A DNA stretch of 32,000 nucleotides from Synechococcus elongatus PCC 6301. GTDB lineage: Bacteria; Cyanobacteriota; Cyanobacteriia; Synechococcales; Synechococcaceae. Shown here in pieces: positions 30,697 to 32,000 of this stretch. The DNA is taken from NCBI RefSeq assembly GCF_000010065.1, contig NC_006576.1, forward strand, positions 1,440,001 through 1,472,000, in the 5' to 3' direction. The translations under genes and the position numbers were made by a program. Below the pieces are notes generated by a model. The model saw nothing but the letters and a program-made list of their open reading frames with translations. It had not been told where the DNA came from and made no database searches. Numbering within the stretch: position 1 is the first letter of the stretch; each line of letters opens with the position of its first letter.

Positions 30697-31979
30697 AAAC
30701 CCAAAGCGTCCAGTTGCTGAGTCAGAGGCTTTTCCGTCGCGATCGCTCGCACGAATCCTTGCTCATCTTCACTAAAGTCTTGCCAAGCAGTAAGTTGCTG
30801 AGCGAGTAAATCAGCAGTTGCATCTGCGATATCCCCTTGGCGGGCTTGCAGTCGTTGCCGCAACGTTTCTTCCGAAGCTTGGCAATGCAGAATCTGAATC
30901 GGAATTTGTTGAGCCTGAGCTGCTGTTAGGGCAGCCCCTCGATAGGCTTGTCGGTCGTATTTCGCATCGAGTATGACGCGATAGCCCGCTTGAGCGAGGC
31001 CCAGTCCTAGGTACAGGAGGCGACCATAAGTGCGATCGCTCATTTCAGGGCTGTAGATCTCAGGCCCGCCCCGTTCCAAGAGCGAGATACCCGCCAAATG
31101 CTTGCGGACAGCGTCCGATCGCAAAATGATGGCTCTCTGCCGTTCCGCGATCGTGCGTCCTAGGGTGGACTTACCCGAGCCCGAAAGACCACTGAGGAGC
31201 AGCAATTCTCCCTGCTGAGCCGGCTGGGCATAGGCATGAGCTAACTGATAGTAAGCAGCCGCTTGATCAAACGCCTGTTGCCGGCGATCGCTGTCAATTG
31301 CTGGATCATCTAACAGAAACGAAGTGACTTTTGCGCGGACATAGGCTTGACGACTCAAATACAGGGGCAAAACCTGTAGCCCTTCCCAATCGCCACTCAT
31401 TTCAGCATAGGCATTGAGAAAAGCTGTGCCTAAATCTTGGCGTCCCCGCGCATCCAAGTCCATGACCAAGAAGGCGATGTCGTACATGGTGTCGACAAAG
31501 CGAAATGGCTCATTGAACTCAATGCAGTCAAAGAGGAAGAGTTGATTGTCCCAACGGCAGAGATTGCCTAAATGCAGATCGCCATGGCATTCCCGGATTT
31601 TGTCAGCAGCCAGCCGCGCTGCAAATAGGTCAGCTTTCGTATCAAAGAAGCGATCGCTAAAGGCTTTGGTTGTGTCAAATTGAGCCTGAGTCTGTGGACC
31701 GCCGATATAGTGCAGAGTCTGCTGATAGTTCTCATCAAATGCTTTGCGGATCTGGGCAACTTGACCGTAGCTGCGGACATGGTCATCAACCCAGGTTTTA
31801 GTATGAAACTCAGCAACGACCGCTGCCAATTGCCGCATCACGCTAGCATCGAGCTGACCAGACTCAAATTGTTCCGAAAATAAGCAGCCCTTGGGAAACT
31901 GCTTCATCTGCAACACATATTCAGCGGCTGGCTCTGTTTCAGCAAACTGATAGCGATCGCCGGCTTGTGAAATTGCCAA
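30693..31979 (-). CDS. APH-like phosphotransferase domain fused to P-loop kinase; 5' end probably beyond the right edge
   Basis: 'ECHGDLHLGNLCRWDNQLFLFDCIEFNEPFRFVDTMYDIAFLVMDLD' and P-loop 'LLLSGLSGSGKSTLGRTIAERQ...SDAVRKHLAGI'; the reported start at 31979 is TTG and the frame stays open to base 32000. Confidence 0.85.
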   Translation of the reverse strand: MAISQAGDRYQFAETEPAAEYVLQMKQFPKGCLFSEQFESGQLDASVMRQLAAVVAEFHTKTWVDDHVRSYGQVAQIRKAFDENYQQTLHYIGGPQTQAQFDTTKAFSDRFFDTKADLFAARLAADKIRECHGDLHLGNLCRWDNQLFLFDCIEFNEPFRFVDTMYDIAFLVMDLDARGRQDLGTAFLNAYAEMSGDWEGLQVLPLYLSRQAYVRAKVTSFLLDDPAIDSDRRQQAFDQAAAYYQLAHAYAQPAQQGELLLLSGLSGSGKSTLGRTIAERQRAIILRSDAVRKHLAGISLLERGGPEIYSPEMSDRTYGRLLYLGLGLAQAGYRVILDAKYDRQAYRGAALTAAQAQQIPIQILHCQASEETLRQRLQARQGDIADATADLLAQQLTAWQDFSEDEQGFVRAIATEKPLTQQLDALGF

Positions 31980-32000
31980 GACTTGCTGATAAAGCGGGGC

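Overview
The window looks like cyanobacterial chromosome. The HIP1 octamer GCGATCGC is frequent, and the gene content (GSIII glnN, CpcS/CpeS-type bilin lyase, DUF1230 and DUF3134 proteins, fibrillin/PAP protein) resembles Synechococcus elongatus. The species call is inference. Most of the window is housekeeping: rsmI, cysQ, cysK, glnN, initiator tRNA-Met, asparaginase II, rsfS, era, moeB-like, pgm, mraY, GT2-GtrA and ogt-like genes. The main exception is an AT-rich, HIP1-free stretch of about 3.6 kb (722-4383). It carries a two-gene operon, 1091..2464 and 2461..3333, encoding an ABC/SMC-like AAA ATPase and a DUF4435/TOPRIM-like protein. This is the architecture of the PARIS (AriA/AriB) anti-phage system. 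A perfect palindrome overlaps a TATAAT box upstream of the operon. Secondary points of interest are: a 796-aa regulator (25966..28356) in which most phosphorylation/catalytic motifs are replaced; a JAMM protease next to a MoeB-rhodanese protein; a small gene at 6171..6572 with a possible frame switch between a TM segment and a coiled coil; and a putative phosphotransferase/P-loop kinase fusion cut by the right edge.
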